This document shows positions 1 through 15,797 of a DNA stretch of 64,000 nucleotides, in pieces. Position numbers and translations under genes: made by a program. Source of the stretch: Macrostomum lignano (lineage: Eukaryota); assembly GCA_002269645.1 (NCBI GenBank), contig NIVC01000661.1:268724-332723 (forward strand), in the 5' to 3' direction. Position 1 is the first letter of the stretch, and the number at the start of each line of letters is the position of its first letter. The notes beneath the pieces were generated by a model. The model was not told the origin of the DNA. It was given only the letters and a program-made list of their open reading frames with translations, and did not search any database.

Positions 1-64
1 TATGTTTTTGAAAAAAGTTTTAGGATGTGACACAAAGAATCCCACATTAAATAATTTCCCTCAG

Positions 65-3000
65 CGCTGTTCGTTCTGCTGTCCTGCCTGCTGTACGCTG
101 CCGGCTGGCGAGCCAACCCGGACGTGGCTCAGGTGTGCGGCAACAACGCTGACGCCTTCAACCTGGGTGAGTTGCTGTGGACAGATTAATGTCATCGCTG
201 TTGTCTGGGGTTTGGGATTTGGGATCTTAGTTTGTGGATTTGGGGTTATAATCTTAGGATTTGGGATTTGAATCTTGGAATTTGGGATTAGAATCTTGAA
301 ATTTAGGGATTAGAATCTTGGGATCTAGGGTTAGTATCTTGGGATTTAGGGGTTAGAATCTTTGGATTTTGGGTTAGAATCTTTGGATTTGGGATTAGAA
401 TCTTGGGATTTAAGGGTTAGAATCTTGGGATTTTGGGTTAGAATCTTTGGATTTGGGATTTGAATCTTGGGATTTGGGATCTGAATCTTGGGATTTGGGA
501 TTAGAATCTTGGGATTTAAGGGTTAGAATCTTGGGATCTAGGGTTAGAATCTTTGGATTTTGGGTTAGAATCTTTGGATTTTGGGTTAGAATCTTTGGAT
601 TTGGGATCTCTTGGGATTTGGGATCTGAATCTTGGGACTTGGGATTAGAATCTTGGGATTTAAGGGTTAGAATCTTGGGATTTTGGGTTAGAATCTTTGG
701 ATTTGGGTTAGAATCTTTGGATTTGGGATCTCTTAGGATTTGGGATCTGAATCTTGGAATTTGGGATTAGAATCTTGGGATTTAAGGGTTAGAATCTTGG
801 AATTTAAGGGTTAGAATCTTGGGATCTAGGGTTAGAATCTTGGGATTTAGGGTTAGAATCTTGGGATTTTGGGTTAGAATCTTGGGATCTAGGGTTAGAA
901 TCTTTGGATTTTGGGTTAGAATCTTTGGATTTGGGATTTGAATCTTGGGATTTGGGATTTGAAGTCGAAATATTGTGATTTATATCTAACCACCTGGCTT
1001 ATAAATGGAAATATTTCACTATTTTTCTGTGAGTCTTGTCTTTTCATTATATCTTGCGTCGTAATATTTTCCTGCTTGAAATCTTGCAAGAGTCGCACAT
1101 GAGCACGATTTGCGCCCGAATCGAATCGAATTCATTCCTTTGAGAAAATCGGGCCGCAGACTGAGACTGCACCTGCGAGTCCAATTAGGCAGCCAGAGCC
1201 AGCAGTGAATTGCGCCTTAAACAGAGCAAAATATCAAATTGAAATTTGCTGCTTCAAAGCAGAAATCAAAAGCAATTTTCTGCGCTGTTCGGTCGAGTGG
1301 AATGCAAGCAATTTAATTGGTGAAAAAACAAGCAAATATGAGCTGTGAATGTCTCAGGTGCTCGACAGAGACTAAAAAATGATTGATTTTACAAAATATA
1401 AAATAACAAATATGAATTATGCTAGATAAAGAGATAGACGGATAAATCGTGTATATAGCAAAGTAGATACGCAGACAGGTAGATAAGTAGGTAGAGTGTA
1501 AGTTGTACTGGTATAAGTAAGTAAATAAGACAAAGGTAAATAGGTACATTTAGGTAAATAAACAGAAAGGTAGACAGGCAGACAGGCGAACAGACAGATA
1601 GACTCGTAATATAAGCAGATAGACAGACAGATAGACTGGTAATATATGCAGATAGACAGACAAGTAGACAGGCAGGCAGGCAGGCAGGCAGACAACTAGG
1701 CAGACAGTTAGATAGACAGACAGACAGGCAGGTAGATAGACAGACAGGGAGACAGGCAGACAGGTAGATAATCAGGCAGACAGGTGGAAAGACAGGCAGG
1801 TAGATAGACAGACAGGCAGACAGGTAGATAACCAGGCAGACAGGTGGAAAGCCAGACAGGTATTTAATTCTAATTAGTTAGATATTTAGACTGCAGACTC
1901 AAGAACAGCCGGTTCCGGAGCCGCAGCCAGGCGGACATCATAAACTGTAGTCCCCCAGGAGAGTCACTAAACCCCCTCGCGGACATTTCCCTGTTTGCCT
2001 GGCGCAAACAGAAACAGCCTCTGACACATTTGGCAGCAAATCCCCTCCCCTGTTTTTCCTCCTGCGGCGCCCGGAAAACTTTTCCCGAGGCAAGCGAGAC
2101 AGCGGCAGGCAGACCTTGGGGAAGTTATTTAACGGACAAACACAGCCCAGGTCTGCATCATCAGTCAGTTCGTGTCGGGGCGGACGCTGGCCACCTCAGT
2201 TTGCCGTTGAATTCCGGCAGTTTATGAAAACATGCTTTACCAACCGGCTGTTGTTTTGGTCTGCTTCCTCTTTTCCTTCCTCCATCGTTTGCTTTTAGTT
2301 GCGTTTGCGTACAGAAATCGTTCTGAATCTGTCTGAGATTTGTCTCCAATCTGTCGAAATCTATCGGAGATCTATCTCAAATCTATCGGAGATCTATCTC
2401 AAATCTATTGGAGTTCCATCTCAAATCTATCGGAGATCCATCTCAAATCTATCAGAGGTCTATCTCAAATCTATCTGAGATCGATCTCAAATCTATCGGT
2501 GATCTATCTCAAATCTATCGGTGGTCTATCTCAAATGTATCGGAGCTCTATCTCAAATCTATCGGAGATCTATCTCAAATCTATCAGAGCTCTATCTCAA
2601 ATCTATCGGAGATCTATCTCAAATCTATCGGAGATCTATCTCAAATCTATCGGTGATCTATCTCAAATGTATCGGAGCTCTATCTCAAATCTATCGAGGA
2701 TCTATCTCAAATCTATCGGAGCTCTATCTCAAATCTATCGGAGCTCTATCTCAAATCTATCGGAGATCTATCTCAAATCTATCGGAGATCTATCTCAAAT
2801 CTATCGGAGATCTATCTCAAATCTATCGGAGATCTATCTCAAATCTATCAGAGGTCTATCTCAAATCTATCTGAGATCGATCTCAAATCTATCGAGGATC
2901 CATCTCAAAATCTATCAGAGGTCTATAATATTTCCACTTCTCTTTAGCTATGAGAGGGTAAGTTAATCTGAATACAATCAAAGCACACACACCGAAGCAC

Positions 3001-6000
3001 TGCACAGGCCCAGTTCAAGGACAATGCCAGCGGAGTCCCAACCAAAACCAGCTAGTCATAACTCTAGCATTTTCTTCAAGCGGCTTGAGAACACAACTTG
3101 CAAAGCTTGAAGCGGAAGTCAGACTTGCAGATGAAGATAAATGAGGCTAATACAATACACCTCAGGCCTCGAACTGCGGCGGTGTGCACAGGGGTCCGCA
3201 ACTGGGTCAAAGTGCGAGTTTGGTGCTGTTTCACTTGACTAAGCTTCGATCCACCATTCAGAGGCTTCGCTTTTCAACGGACACTTGGATACATGCGCTT
3301 GATTGCAGAGCGCTGGCTGCGCAGTTTGGCTTGCGCCGTGCAGATGCGGAGTTTGGAGTTTGGGCTATGCCGCTTAGATTGTGGCTACTCTGTGTTCGGC
3401 AGCTTTGATCTGCAGCTACTGCGCCGCCACAAACTGATTAATCTGAGTCTGCGGTTTTCTTGGAGCGTCTGTCTTAGCGTCTGTCTTAGTGTCTGCCTTA
3501 TTGTCTGTCTTAGTGTCTGTCTTAGTGTCTGCCTTATGTTTGTCTTAGTGTCTGTCTTTGTGTCTGTCTTAGTGTCTGTCTTAGCGTCTGTCTTAGTGTC
3601 TGTCCTAGCGTCTGTCTTAATGTCTGTCTTAGCGTCTGCTTTATTGTCTGTCTTAGTGTCTGTCTTTGTGTCTGTCTTTGTGTCTGTCTTTGTGTCTGTC
3701 TTAGCGTCTGTCTTAGTGTCTGCCTTATTGTCTGTCTTTGTGTCTTTCTTAGTGTCTGTCTCAGGGTCTGTCTCAGTGTCTGTCTTAGTGTCTGCCTTAT
3801 TGTCTGTCTTAACGTCTGTCTTAGCGTCTGTCTTAATGTCTGCCTTATTGTCTGTCTTTGTGTCTGTCTTTGTGTCTGTCTTTGTGTCGGTTTTTGTGTC
3901 GGTCTTTGTGTCGGTCTTTGTGTCTGTCTTTGTGTCTGTCTTAGTGTCTGCCTTATTGTTTGTCTTAGCGTCTGTCTTAGTGTCTGTCCTAGCGTCTGTA
4001 TTAGCGTCTGTCTGTCTGTCTGTCTGTCTGCCCGTCTATCTAAGCAAGCCCAGACCAGGCAGACCTAAGCAACTACATGCCAATCCCCAATCCAGAAAAT
4101 GATTTCGCATAGCCGCAGTCTGCAGCAGATAACAGAGTTGCTGGACTCTGAAGCCGCTCTTATCTGCGCGTTTCTCCCTATTGCATCTCCTTATTGAACA
4201 TCGTGCGGGTTCAGGTCGAGAATTCCGCCTCCCCTCTAACCTGGCGAATGCGGGCATCGCTGCAAATGCCAATCAAATCTTGTCGGATACTGCAAATGAA
4301 CGTTATAATACCCCATGAAATATCTTTATATATGAAAGGTATATTGGTCAGAACAGGGTGAAACAAACTCCTAGAATCCACTAAAACAAAAAGCAAGAAA
4401 GACATGGGGTAGAAGCATTGTGATTAACCTCTTCGCCGACAAAGGCCGTCTGCTTGGAAATCAGGGCGAAGGGGGGGGGGTCAAATCTGTTGGAATTCCA
4501 CAGCTGATAAGTGCTAATCTGTGGCTGACCCCGCGTCATCGGCGGGGGCTCTCGGCTTTTCTGTCATTAAGCTGTAAAATTGCCCAGCTGCCTGTTGTGC
4601 CTCAGCACGGCCTGTCTCTGAGGAATTTGCGAGACCCTCGCGTTGCCGGAACTCGTTATCCTGCAATTATGGGAATTCTGAACTGCCAGTGACTCATTCG
4701 GCTGGATTAGCGGAAAATCGTCTCCTTGTTTTTAGAAGCTTTTCCTCAGTTGTAGTCTATGATGTTCTCGGTTTTTTGATGATCATTGTGTGTGAAAATT
4801 TTCGGAGTTTAGGATCTTTTCGCGATTTGGGATCTTTTATGGATTTAGGATCTTTTCGGGATTTGGGATCTGGGATCTTTTTTTATGGATTTAGGATCTT
4901 TTCGGGATTCGGGATCTTTTCGAGATTTGGGATCTTTTTGGGATTTAGGATCTTTTCTGGATTTGGGATCTTTCTGGATTTGAAATGTTTTCTGGATTCG
5001 GGATCCTTTCGAGATTTAGGATCTTTCCGGCATTTGGGATCTTTCCCGGAATTTTGGATTTTTTACTGGATTTAAGATCTTTTCTGGATTTGGGATCTTT
5101 CCGGGATTAGGGATTTTTTCTGGATTTGAGATCTTTTTGGGAGTTGGGATCAATTCGGGATTTGGGATTTTTTCGAAATTCGGGATTCGAGATTTTTCGG
5201 TGTTTATAGTCTTTCAAATTTAGGATCTTTTCGGGATTCGGGATGTTTTCGAAATTCGGGATCTTTTAGGGATTCGGGATGTTTGGAGTTTGAATCTTGG
5301 CATTTAAGTATTGTGCTTATTTAGCTTAACTTATTCAACTTTCTGTAGAGGGATATCGTGAGGCCCGATACACCTTTAGAAGCAAGCTCTCGCTTAGCAA
5401 CATCACTGCTACTGTCTTGTCCTGCTCTTCTTCAGCTATGCTCAGCTTCAAATTTTTCCCGACTCTCATTCTTCGACTTTATATCGACCCCCCCCCCCCT
5501 CATCCTGAGCGCTGCTCCGCGCGACTGGCGGAGGCGGAGCGTCGCCAATCTCACGAAATCGATCCGGCCCGCTTCTCAAGCAAGTCATTGATTTCTGGAG
5601 CAGCAGAAGCAGCAATCTCAGTTGCAGAAGCGAAGCCACTTTAGCGTTGCTGGACTGCACACTGGCTACTTTGCAGCTGAGGCGCTCCGCTAGGGATAAA
5701 CCTCCCCTGCTTTCCAGGAAGCATAGAGTACACGCCTCTCTCTTAGCGTCTCCTTAGAGACCGAATTTTCTTTTGCTCAGCGACCAGAAGAAATTAGCAG
5801 TCTCATTAGGAGCTTCTTCTTCTTCTTCTTCAGGGCTCGTCCGGGTCGGGATTAGCCGAAATGGACGGGGGCATGCGCCCCATGCTACGCAGGAGGCCGA
5901 AAAGGGCGGTCGGGGACTCCAACAAGTCCTCGGCCGCGCGGATGCCGTGCAGGGCGCGGTAGCGGTCCCCGCGAGGGCAGGCGAGCAGGATGTGCCTGAC

Positions 6001-7659
6001 TGTGTCGAGTTCGCCGCAGTCAGGGCAGTTGGCTGTCTCGGTGAGGCCCATCTGATGGAGCGAGCTGTTGTTGATGGTGCTGGCTCCGGCTCGCAGCTGA
6101 TTGAGGAGGACTTGGCGCTGCCGGGTCATGGTGGCGGGTGGCTGCTTAAAGGCGCCCACGACCGCAAGATCGAGGGACCTGCGGCTGCGCCGGGCGGCGG
6201 CTTTGGCGGTGCTGAGTGGAAGCTCGACGTGGCGTTGCTCTAGTTGGGCGGCACGGGAAGCCGCCTGATCCGCCGCCTCGTTGCCGGCGATTCCGCAATG
6301 TGCGGGGACCCAGGCGAAGGAGGGGGGGCGACCGTCGGCCTTCAGGCTCATGATCGAGTCCCAGCAAGCTGCTGCGGTCGGATCGGTCTGGTCGATGGGA
6401 CCGGCGAGCAGGGCGGTGAGGGCGCTGAGGCTGTCGGTGGCGATCCAGTGCGGCTCGGCGGCGCGGTCAGCTTGCAGGTATTTGAGCGCCTCTTGGATGG
6501 CAACGAGTTCGGCGGTGTAGCTGCTGCAGAGGGCGCCTGCGGCGGCCGGAAGTTCGACGTTGTTGTTCTCGTCGCGCACAATGATAGCGGCCCCGCCACC
6601 ATTCTTGTAGCCTTCCGTCACGGAACCGTCGGTCCAGATCGTGTTGGACTCGCAGAGAGTCGCGATGATGTCGGTCGCGTGGTGGGCTCTGATGTCTGGC
6701 GGCATGTCGCGGTGGGTCCTGAGGCTGGCTCGAAGGTCGAAGATGATCATTAGGAGCTGCTCCATTAGGAGCTGCTCCGCTCGCTGCACACGTTGCCTTG
6801 GCCTGAGCTGGTTTTGCTTCATAATTTCCTCCATCTATTTATCCATAATCCTCAGAGTCCCAGTGAAAATAATGAGCTTTTTTACAGGTGTGCTGCGATA
6901 GAAAAAAGTGCATTTGCCATTAATCTGGGCCCGGTTAGTAAGACGAATTTAGGCAGGTGGAACTAGCGTTAATTAAAAATATCTTATGAAATTTGTACGC
7001 CTTCTAAGGCTTTTTCATCAACTGCTAATTTCAGATCTCAAATCCCATAATTCAAGATCATAAAATTCATATCCAAAATCCCGGATCTCAGATCCTAAAT
7101 GGCAGGCTCCTGCTCCAAAATCCCAAATCCTAGATGGTTCATAGCTCCCAGTCCCAGATCGCAAATCGCAAATCCTAGATCGCAAATCGCAAATCGCAAA
7201 TCCTAGATCGCAAATCCCAAATCCTAGACCCCAAATCCCAGATCGTAGATCCTAGATCCCAGATCCCAGATCCTAGATCCCAGATCCCAGATCCTAGATC
7301 CTAGATCCTAGATCCCAGATCCCAGATCCCAGATCCCAGATCCTGGATCCTAGATTCCAGATCCTAGATCCCAGATCCTAGATCCTAGATTCCAGATCCT
7401 AGATCCCAGATCCTAGATCCCAGATCCTAGATCCTAGATTCCAGATCCTAGATCCCTAATCTCAAATCCCAGAATCCACAGCTCACCACAAGCCGTCACC
7501 CTGTTCCAGGCCACTGCCACCTGGGCTGGGCCTACGTGCTCACCTGCGCCGGCGGTTTCCTCTGCGCAGTCACGGTGGCCTTCCCCGTCCAGATCGCCAA
7601 GCACTTCCCCGAGGAGTCGCCCATCGCTGCGGCGGAAGCTGCGAGGCTTCATCGTCAGC

Positions 7660-7707
<48 letters not shown>

Positions 7708-8087
7708 GCTACCAGTACTCGCAGCAGTCGCTGCTTCATCACGCCGCCAGCCCGGGCCACAGCAGCCTTGGCGGAGGCGGCAGGTACAGCTACGTGGCTT
7801 ATCACAGCCTGCAGCCGCAGCAGCATCCGCTGTCGCCCAGCCATCATCAGCAGTACCTGCAGCAGCATCAGCACCAGCAGCTCAGCAGGCCGCCGAGCGT
7901 GTGCACCTGCGCCACTGCCGCGGACGCAGTGGCGACGTCTGGCACCGCCGGTGCCGCCGCGGCAGCTTCCATCGATACGCCGCCGTCTCTCGACGAGGAG
8001 GGCCAGTGCGCACCCGGCGACAGGAGGTACTCGGATCTGACTGAGGCTGAGGACGGCACAGTGCCCTGTGCTGGCGCGGCCGTGTGA
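65..8087 (+). CDS. LHFPL: LHFPL (lipoma HMGIC fusion partner-like) tetraspan membrane protein, last two coding exons; 5' exons lie outside the window
   Basis: Exon 65-166 (ccctcag| ... |gtgagt) reads ALFVLLSCLLYAAGWRANPDVAQVCGNNADAFNL. Exon 7510-8087 (ctgttccag|) continues in matching phase G-HCHLGWAYVLTCAGGFLCAVTVAFPVQ. This matches the LHFPL pattern YPxGW...V...CG...FxLGxCxLGWAY. The C-tail is Q/H/S/A-rich with Q15. Confidence 0.85.
204..960 (+). repeat. Degenerate GGGATYT/GGGTTAGAATCTT minisatellite at the 5' end of the LHFPL intron
   Basis: Units such as ttgggatttagggttagaatc start about 40 nt after the donor at 167. Confidence 0.9.
1560..1860. repeat. Mixed AGAC/AGGC/AGAT microsatellite
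   Basis: agacaggcagacaggtagat-type units. Confidence 0.85.
2345..2925. repeat. 22-bp minisatellite (tctatctcaaatctatcggaga)
   Basis: Tandem units; the three overlapping ORFs with a 22-aa period confirm a 22-nt unit. Confidence 0.9.
3465..4035. repeat. 12-bp minisatellite (gtctgtcttagt)
   Basis: Tandem units that give the spurious VSVL-type ORF. Confidence 0.9.
4805..5300. repeat. Degenerate GGGATCTTTT minisatellite
   Basis: ttgggatcttttcgggatttaggatc-type units, same orientation as 204-960. Confidence 0.85.
5815..6746 (-). mobile_element. 5'-truncated non-LTR retrotransposon (I-group-like LINE) 3' end: RNase H plus CCHC knuckle, (GAA)n tail, 12-bp TSD
   Basis: RNase HI motifs WTDGS, YTAELVAI, ATDSLS, WVPAHCGIAGNEAAD and C-terminal CPDCGELDTVRHILLAC. 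The stop at 5830-5832 is followed directly by a (GAA)n tail (5813-5829). TSD tcattaggagct at 5803-5814 and 6747-6758. No RT or endonuclease is present. Confidence 0.9.
7030..7480. repeat. ARATCCY heptamer minisatellite at the 3' end of the LHFPL intron
   Basis: agatcccagatcctagatccc units end about 30 nt before the acceptor at 7509; reverse complement of the 204-960 family. Confidence 0.9.
7662..7706 (+). repeat. (CAG)15 encoding polyglutamine in the LHFPL C-terminal tail
   Basis: Pure CAG run in frame within exon 7510-8087. Confidence 0.9.
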
Positions 8088-8214
8088 TGCGTGTACGCAT
8101 GTGCACCTTGGCTGCGCTGCGGATGCTACCGAAGGCGTGTGCACAACGGAACCCCCTGACCGATCAGTATTGAAGAGCCCAATCTTCCCCCTACCCAAAA
8201 ATTACTCTAAACCT

Positions 8215-8500
8215 AACCAGGAACCTACCCTTGAACCTACCAAGAAACCTACTATTGAACCTACTCAGGAACCTACTATTGAGCCTACCCAGGAACCTAC
8301 TATTGAGCCTACCAATATACCTACTATTGAGCCTACCCAGGAACCTACTATTGAGCCTACCCAGGAACCTACTATTGAGCCTACCAATATACCTACTATT
8401 GAGCCTACCCAGGAACCTACTATTGAGCCTACCAATATACCTACTATTGAGCCTACCAATATACCTACTATTTTTAACCTACCCAGGAACCTACTATTAA
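8215..8500. repeat. 24-bp minisatellite (gagcctacccaggaacctactatt) downstream of the LHFPL stop
   Basis: Tandem units about 130 nt after the TGA; AATAAA at 8967-8972. Confidence 0.9.
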
Positions 8501-9112
8501 ACCTACTCTGGACCCATACTCTCTAAAACCCTATCTCAGAATCCTACTCAAAAAAACTTAAACCCAAATCGAGAAAGACTCAAGTCACAAGCAGTTTTAT
8601 CCCAAGGCGACCCCTAAGAAAAGATCTAGTCCGCCTTTATAAAGACCTTACTAAGTCATATCAATTTTAAGTATTGACAAATTAACTAAAGCAAGCGTTT
8701 ATACGCGAAACAGTTAAGCACATTGTAATTTTTATATTATTATATATATTGTAATTTTTGTAGAAACTTATCAGAGATTTTCAGTTCTGCAACGAAGCGA
8801 AGAACGAGGATTCTCACGCAAGTGTACAAAATAACCAATTTGCACTGCATCGCACTGTAGTCTTCTAGCTAAATAATGCGTATTTATAATGCAATATTAC
8901 TGTCAACTTATAAGTTGTATGAAAATCAATGTTCATTTCAAAGCGATATGTTTGATTTATATGATGAATAAATATAAATCAATGCAGACGTAATGCTTGC
9001 AAACATTTAAAAATTGATTGGGTCAGGATTTCTATTTAAAATAAAAATATCATAACTGCTTACATGTACATAGCCATATAAACAGGTAAAAATGCAACAT
9101 TGGTGGATATAT

Positions 9113-9187
9113 GATAGATAGATAGGCAGATAGATGGGCAGATGATGGGTAGATAGATAAATAGATAGGCAGATAGATCGGCAGATC

Positions 9188-9224
<37 letters not shown>

Positions 9225-9410
9225 GCAGATAGATCGGCAGATCGATAGATAGATAGATATATAGATCGGCAGATAGATAGATAGATAGATCGGCAGATAG
9301 ATCGGCAGATAGATAGATAGATAGATAGGTAGATAGATAGATAGATAGATAGGTAGGTAGATAGATAGATAGATAGGTAGATAGATAGATAGATAGATAG
9401 ATAGATCGGC

Positions 9411-9446
<36 letters not shown>

Positions 9447-9505
9447 CGGCAGATAGATCGGCAGATAGATAGATAGATAGATAGATAGATAGGTAGATAG
9501 ATAGG

Positions 9506-9538
<33 letters not shown>

Positions 9539-9617
9539 CGGCAGATAGATAAATAGATAGGCAGATGGATCGGCAGATAGATAAATAGATAGGCAGATAG
9601 ATCGGCAGATAGATAGA
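9113..9617. repeat. (AGAT)n satellite with agatcggc interruptions, left flank of Tc1
   Basis: Direct reading. Confidence 0.9.
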
Positions 9618-9619
9618 TA

Positions 9620-11244
9620 CAGTGGCGCATAATGAATTAAGACCAAATAACACAAATTCGAACTTTTAACTTCATAACCTACACAGATTGCGGGAGCATT
9701 TTGTTCTAATCAGCTGTAGATAACCACGGTATCAATCAGTTAAATCAGTGATTTGTTGGGTCATTACACGCGATTGAGTGTGCTTAATTGGAGTCCCTTG
9801 TCTCACTTTTGAATTCGATGAGTCACAGTAATAAGACCACTTAATTAATTCGGCTATAAGGTGCTTATAAAAGTGTCCCTGCTGATTGTAAAAGTCCAAA
9901 ACATCAAATTCAATACTACTCCAAGCAAAAAGTTATCTCGAACTCTTCTAGAATAGTGAAAGGCAGAGCTCCATCGCCTGAGTCGTTTAGGAAAATCAAG
10001 GCCCTGTTCGACCAGGGAGTTTCCCAGCGTGCCACAGCCACTCAGCTGAGAAAGTCGAAAACGTCGGTCCAGCAAGCACTCAGGCGCCTCAGCAGCACTG
10101 GCAGCACAGGCTGTGCCTCAAGACCTGGCAGGGCACCGGAAACTGACCACCGACTGGATCGCCGCATTGTGCGAATGCCCGAGTCCAACCGTCGGCTCGC
10201 CGCTGTGGACATCAGCCGTGAACTTCAGGTGTCCAGCTGCAACCCATGACTGTCCGCCACCGTTAGGTAGCTACCGGACTGTATGGCCGCATTGATAGGA
10301 AGAAGCCATTTATCTCCGACAAAAACCGGAAGCGGCGCTTGAACTGGCCGAAGCAGCATGCAAGCTGGGCACCCCAGGACTGGGCCAAGACCATCTGGGA
10401 GTGACGAGAGCAAATTTCTCCGCACTGGTTCTGATGGTCGCCGGTATGTGCGCCGCCGAGCTGGTGAGGAATTCGATCCCAGGTGCACTGTTGGTACCAT
10501 GAAGCATGTCATGGTGTGGGCTGCATTCTCCAGACCTGGACCTGGGCCAATAGCTTGCATTGAGGGTGTCATGGACAGTTAGAAGTACCGTGACATCCTC
10601 AGCAGCCACCTACCAGAGGCAGCAGATGCGCTGCCACTGAGACCAGTGCACAGCTGGCAGTTTCAGCAGGACAACGATCCCAAGCGCGCCTCAAAGATTT
10701 TGAAGATATGGCTTGCTGATAACAACATCCACACCATGGACTGGTAAGCGCAGTCACCAGCCATCAATCCGATTGAGAATCTGTGGAACTGGGTCGAGCG
10801 GGACATCCAGAGGCAGCAACCAGCTTCCCTTGGGCAGCTGTACCGTATCATTGAGGACTTGTGGGCTTCCATCGCGGAAGAAGTATGCCAGAAGCTGGTG
10901 GACAACATGTCTAGGCGGTGCAATGCTGTGATTAAGTCAAAAAGACATGCTACAAAGTATTAGAGTAGATAGTTTGGTATCAGTGACTTTTGCTTTACTT
11001 ATTTCCCTAGTATTTATCTATGGTCTTATTTCAAAGGTAAACCTAAAACTGTACTTCCCATTCAAAGATCAGCCTTCTGAACTTGAACCTGCTGGAAATT
11101 GAACAAAAATACTATACAAATAAAAAAATTAATATTCCTACAAGTTTTACTTCCAATTTAGTACTTGAATTTAGCTTAAAGACCATCAGTATGGCAAAGA
11201 TAAAATAATTTTGCTTGGTGGTCTTCATTCATTGTGCGCCACGG
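9620..11244 (+). mobile_element. Tc1-family DNA transposon, 1,625 bp, decayed
   Basis: TA flanks at 9618-9619 and 11245-11246. TIRs CAGTGGCGCATAATGAATTAAGACC (9620-9644) and the reverse complement of 11220-11244 match at 22/25. Confidence 0.92.
9956..10963 (+). pseudogene. Tc1 DD34E transposase pseudogene
   Basis: HTH region with GRAP, then W/SDESKF, VMVWAAF, FQQDNDPK, SPAINPIENLW and terminal ATKY*. There are 34 residues between the second D and E. Several in-frame stops and frameshifts. Confidence 0.92.
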
Positions 11245-11246
11245 TA

Positions 11247-12407
11247 GATAGATAGGTAGATAGACTGGCAGATAGTTGGGCTGATAGATAGGCAGATAGA
11301 TGGGCAGATAGATAGGCAGATAGTTGGGCTGATAGAATGGCTGATAGAATGGCAGATAGATAGACAGGATGGGCAGATAGATGGGCAAATAGATAGGCAG
11401 ATAGATAGGCAGATAGATAGGCAGGATGGGCAGATAGATAGGCAGATAGATGGGCAGGATGGGCAGATAGATAGGCAGATAGATAGACAGGATGGGCAGA
11501 TAGATGGGCAGATAGATAGGCAGATAGATAGGCAGGATGGGCAGATAGATAGGCAGATAGATGGGCAGGATGGGCAGATAGATAGGCAGATAGTTGGGCT
11601 GATAGAATGGCAGATAGATAGGCAGGATGGGCAGATAGATGGGCAGATAGATAGGCAGATAGATAGGCAGGATGGGCAGATAGATAGGCAGATAGTTGGG
11701 CTGATAGAATGGCAGATAGATAGGCAGGATGGGCAGATAGATGGGCAGATAGATAGGCAGATAGATGGGCAGGATGGGCAGATAGATAGGCAGATAGATA
11801 GGCAGGATGGGCAGATAGATGGGCAGATAGATGGGCAGATAGGCAGATAGTTGGGCTGATGGAATGGCAGATAGATAGGCAGATAGGTGGGCAGATAGAT
11901 GGGCAGATAGGCAGATAGTTGGGCTGATGGAATGGCAGATAGATAGGCAGATAGGTGGGCAGATAGATGGGCAGATAGGCAGATAGTTGGGCTGATGGAA
12001 TGGCAGATAGATAGGCAGATAGGTGGGCAGATAGATGGGCAGATAGGCAGATAGTTGGGCTGATAGAATGGCAGATAGATAGGCAGGATGGGCATATAGA
12101 TAGGCAGATAGATAGGCAGATAGATGGGCAGATAGATAGGCAGATAGATAGGCAGATAGATGGGCAGATAGATAGATAGGCAGATAGTTGGGCTGATGGA
12201 ATGGCAGATAGATAGACAGGATGGGCAGATAGATGGGCAGATAGATAGGTAGATAGATAGGCAGGATGGGCAGATAGATAGGCAGATAGGTGGGCTGATA
12301 GGCAGATAGTTGGTCTGATAGAATGGCAGATAGATAGGCAGGATGGGCAGATAGATAGGCAGATAGATAGGCAGATAGATGGGCAGATAGATAGGCAGAT
12401 AGGCAGA
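11247..12407. repeat. AGATAGGC/AGATGGGC compound satellite, right flank of Tc1
   Basis: Direct reading. Confidence 0.9.
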
Positions 12408-12473
12408 TACTACCCACTGCAGACGGGCCCCAGTCCCATGGCAACGCCAGAGCAGCCCAGCTCGGCAATACAT

Positions 12474-15797
<3,324 letters not shown>

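Noticed and set aside
300-960. Interstitial telomere (TTAGGGTTAG within units; also 50065-50100)
   Set aside because: Never more than about 1.5 consecutive TTAGGG units; part of a different minisatellite.
8068-8526. Mucin-like EPTQEPTI repeat ORF
   Set aside because: Out of frame with the LHFPL exon, begins inside it, and has no acceptor or signal peptide; explained by the 24-bp array.
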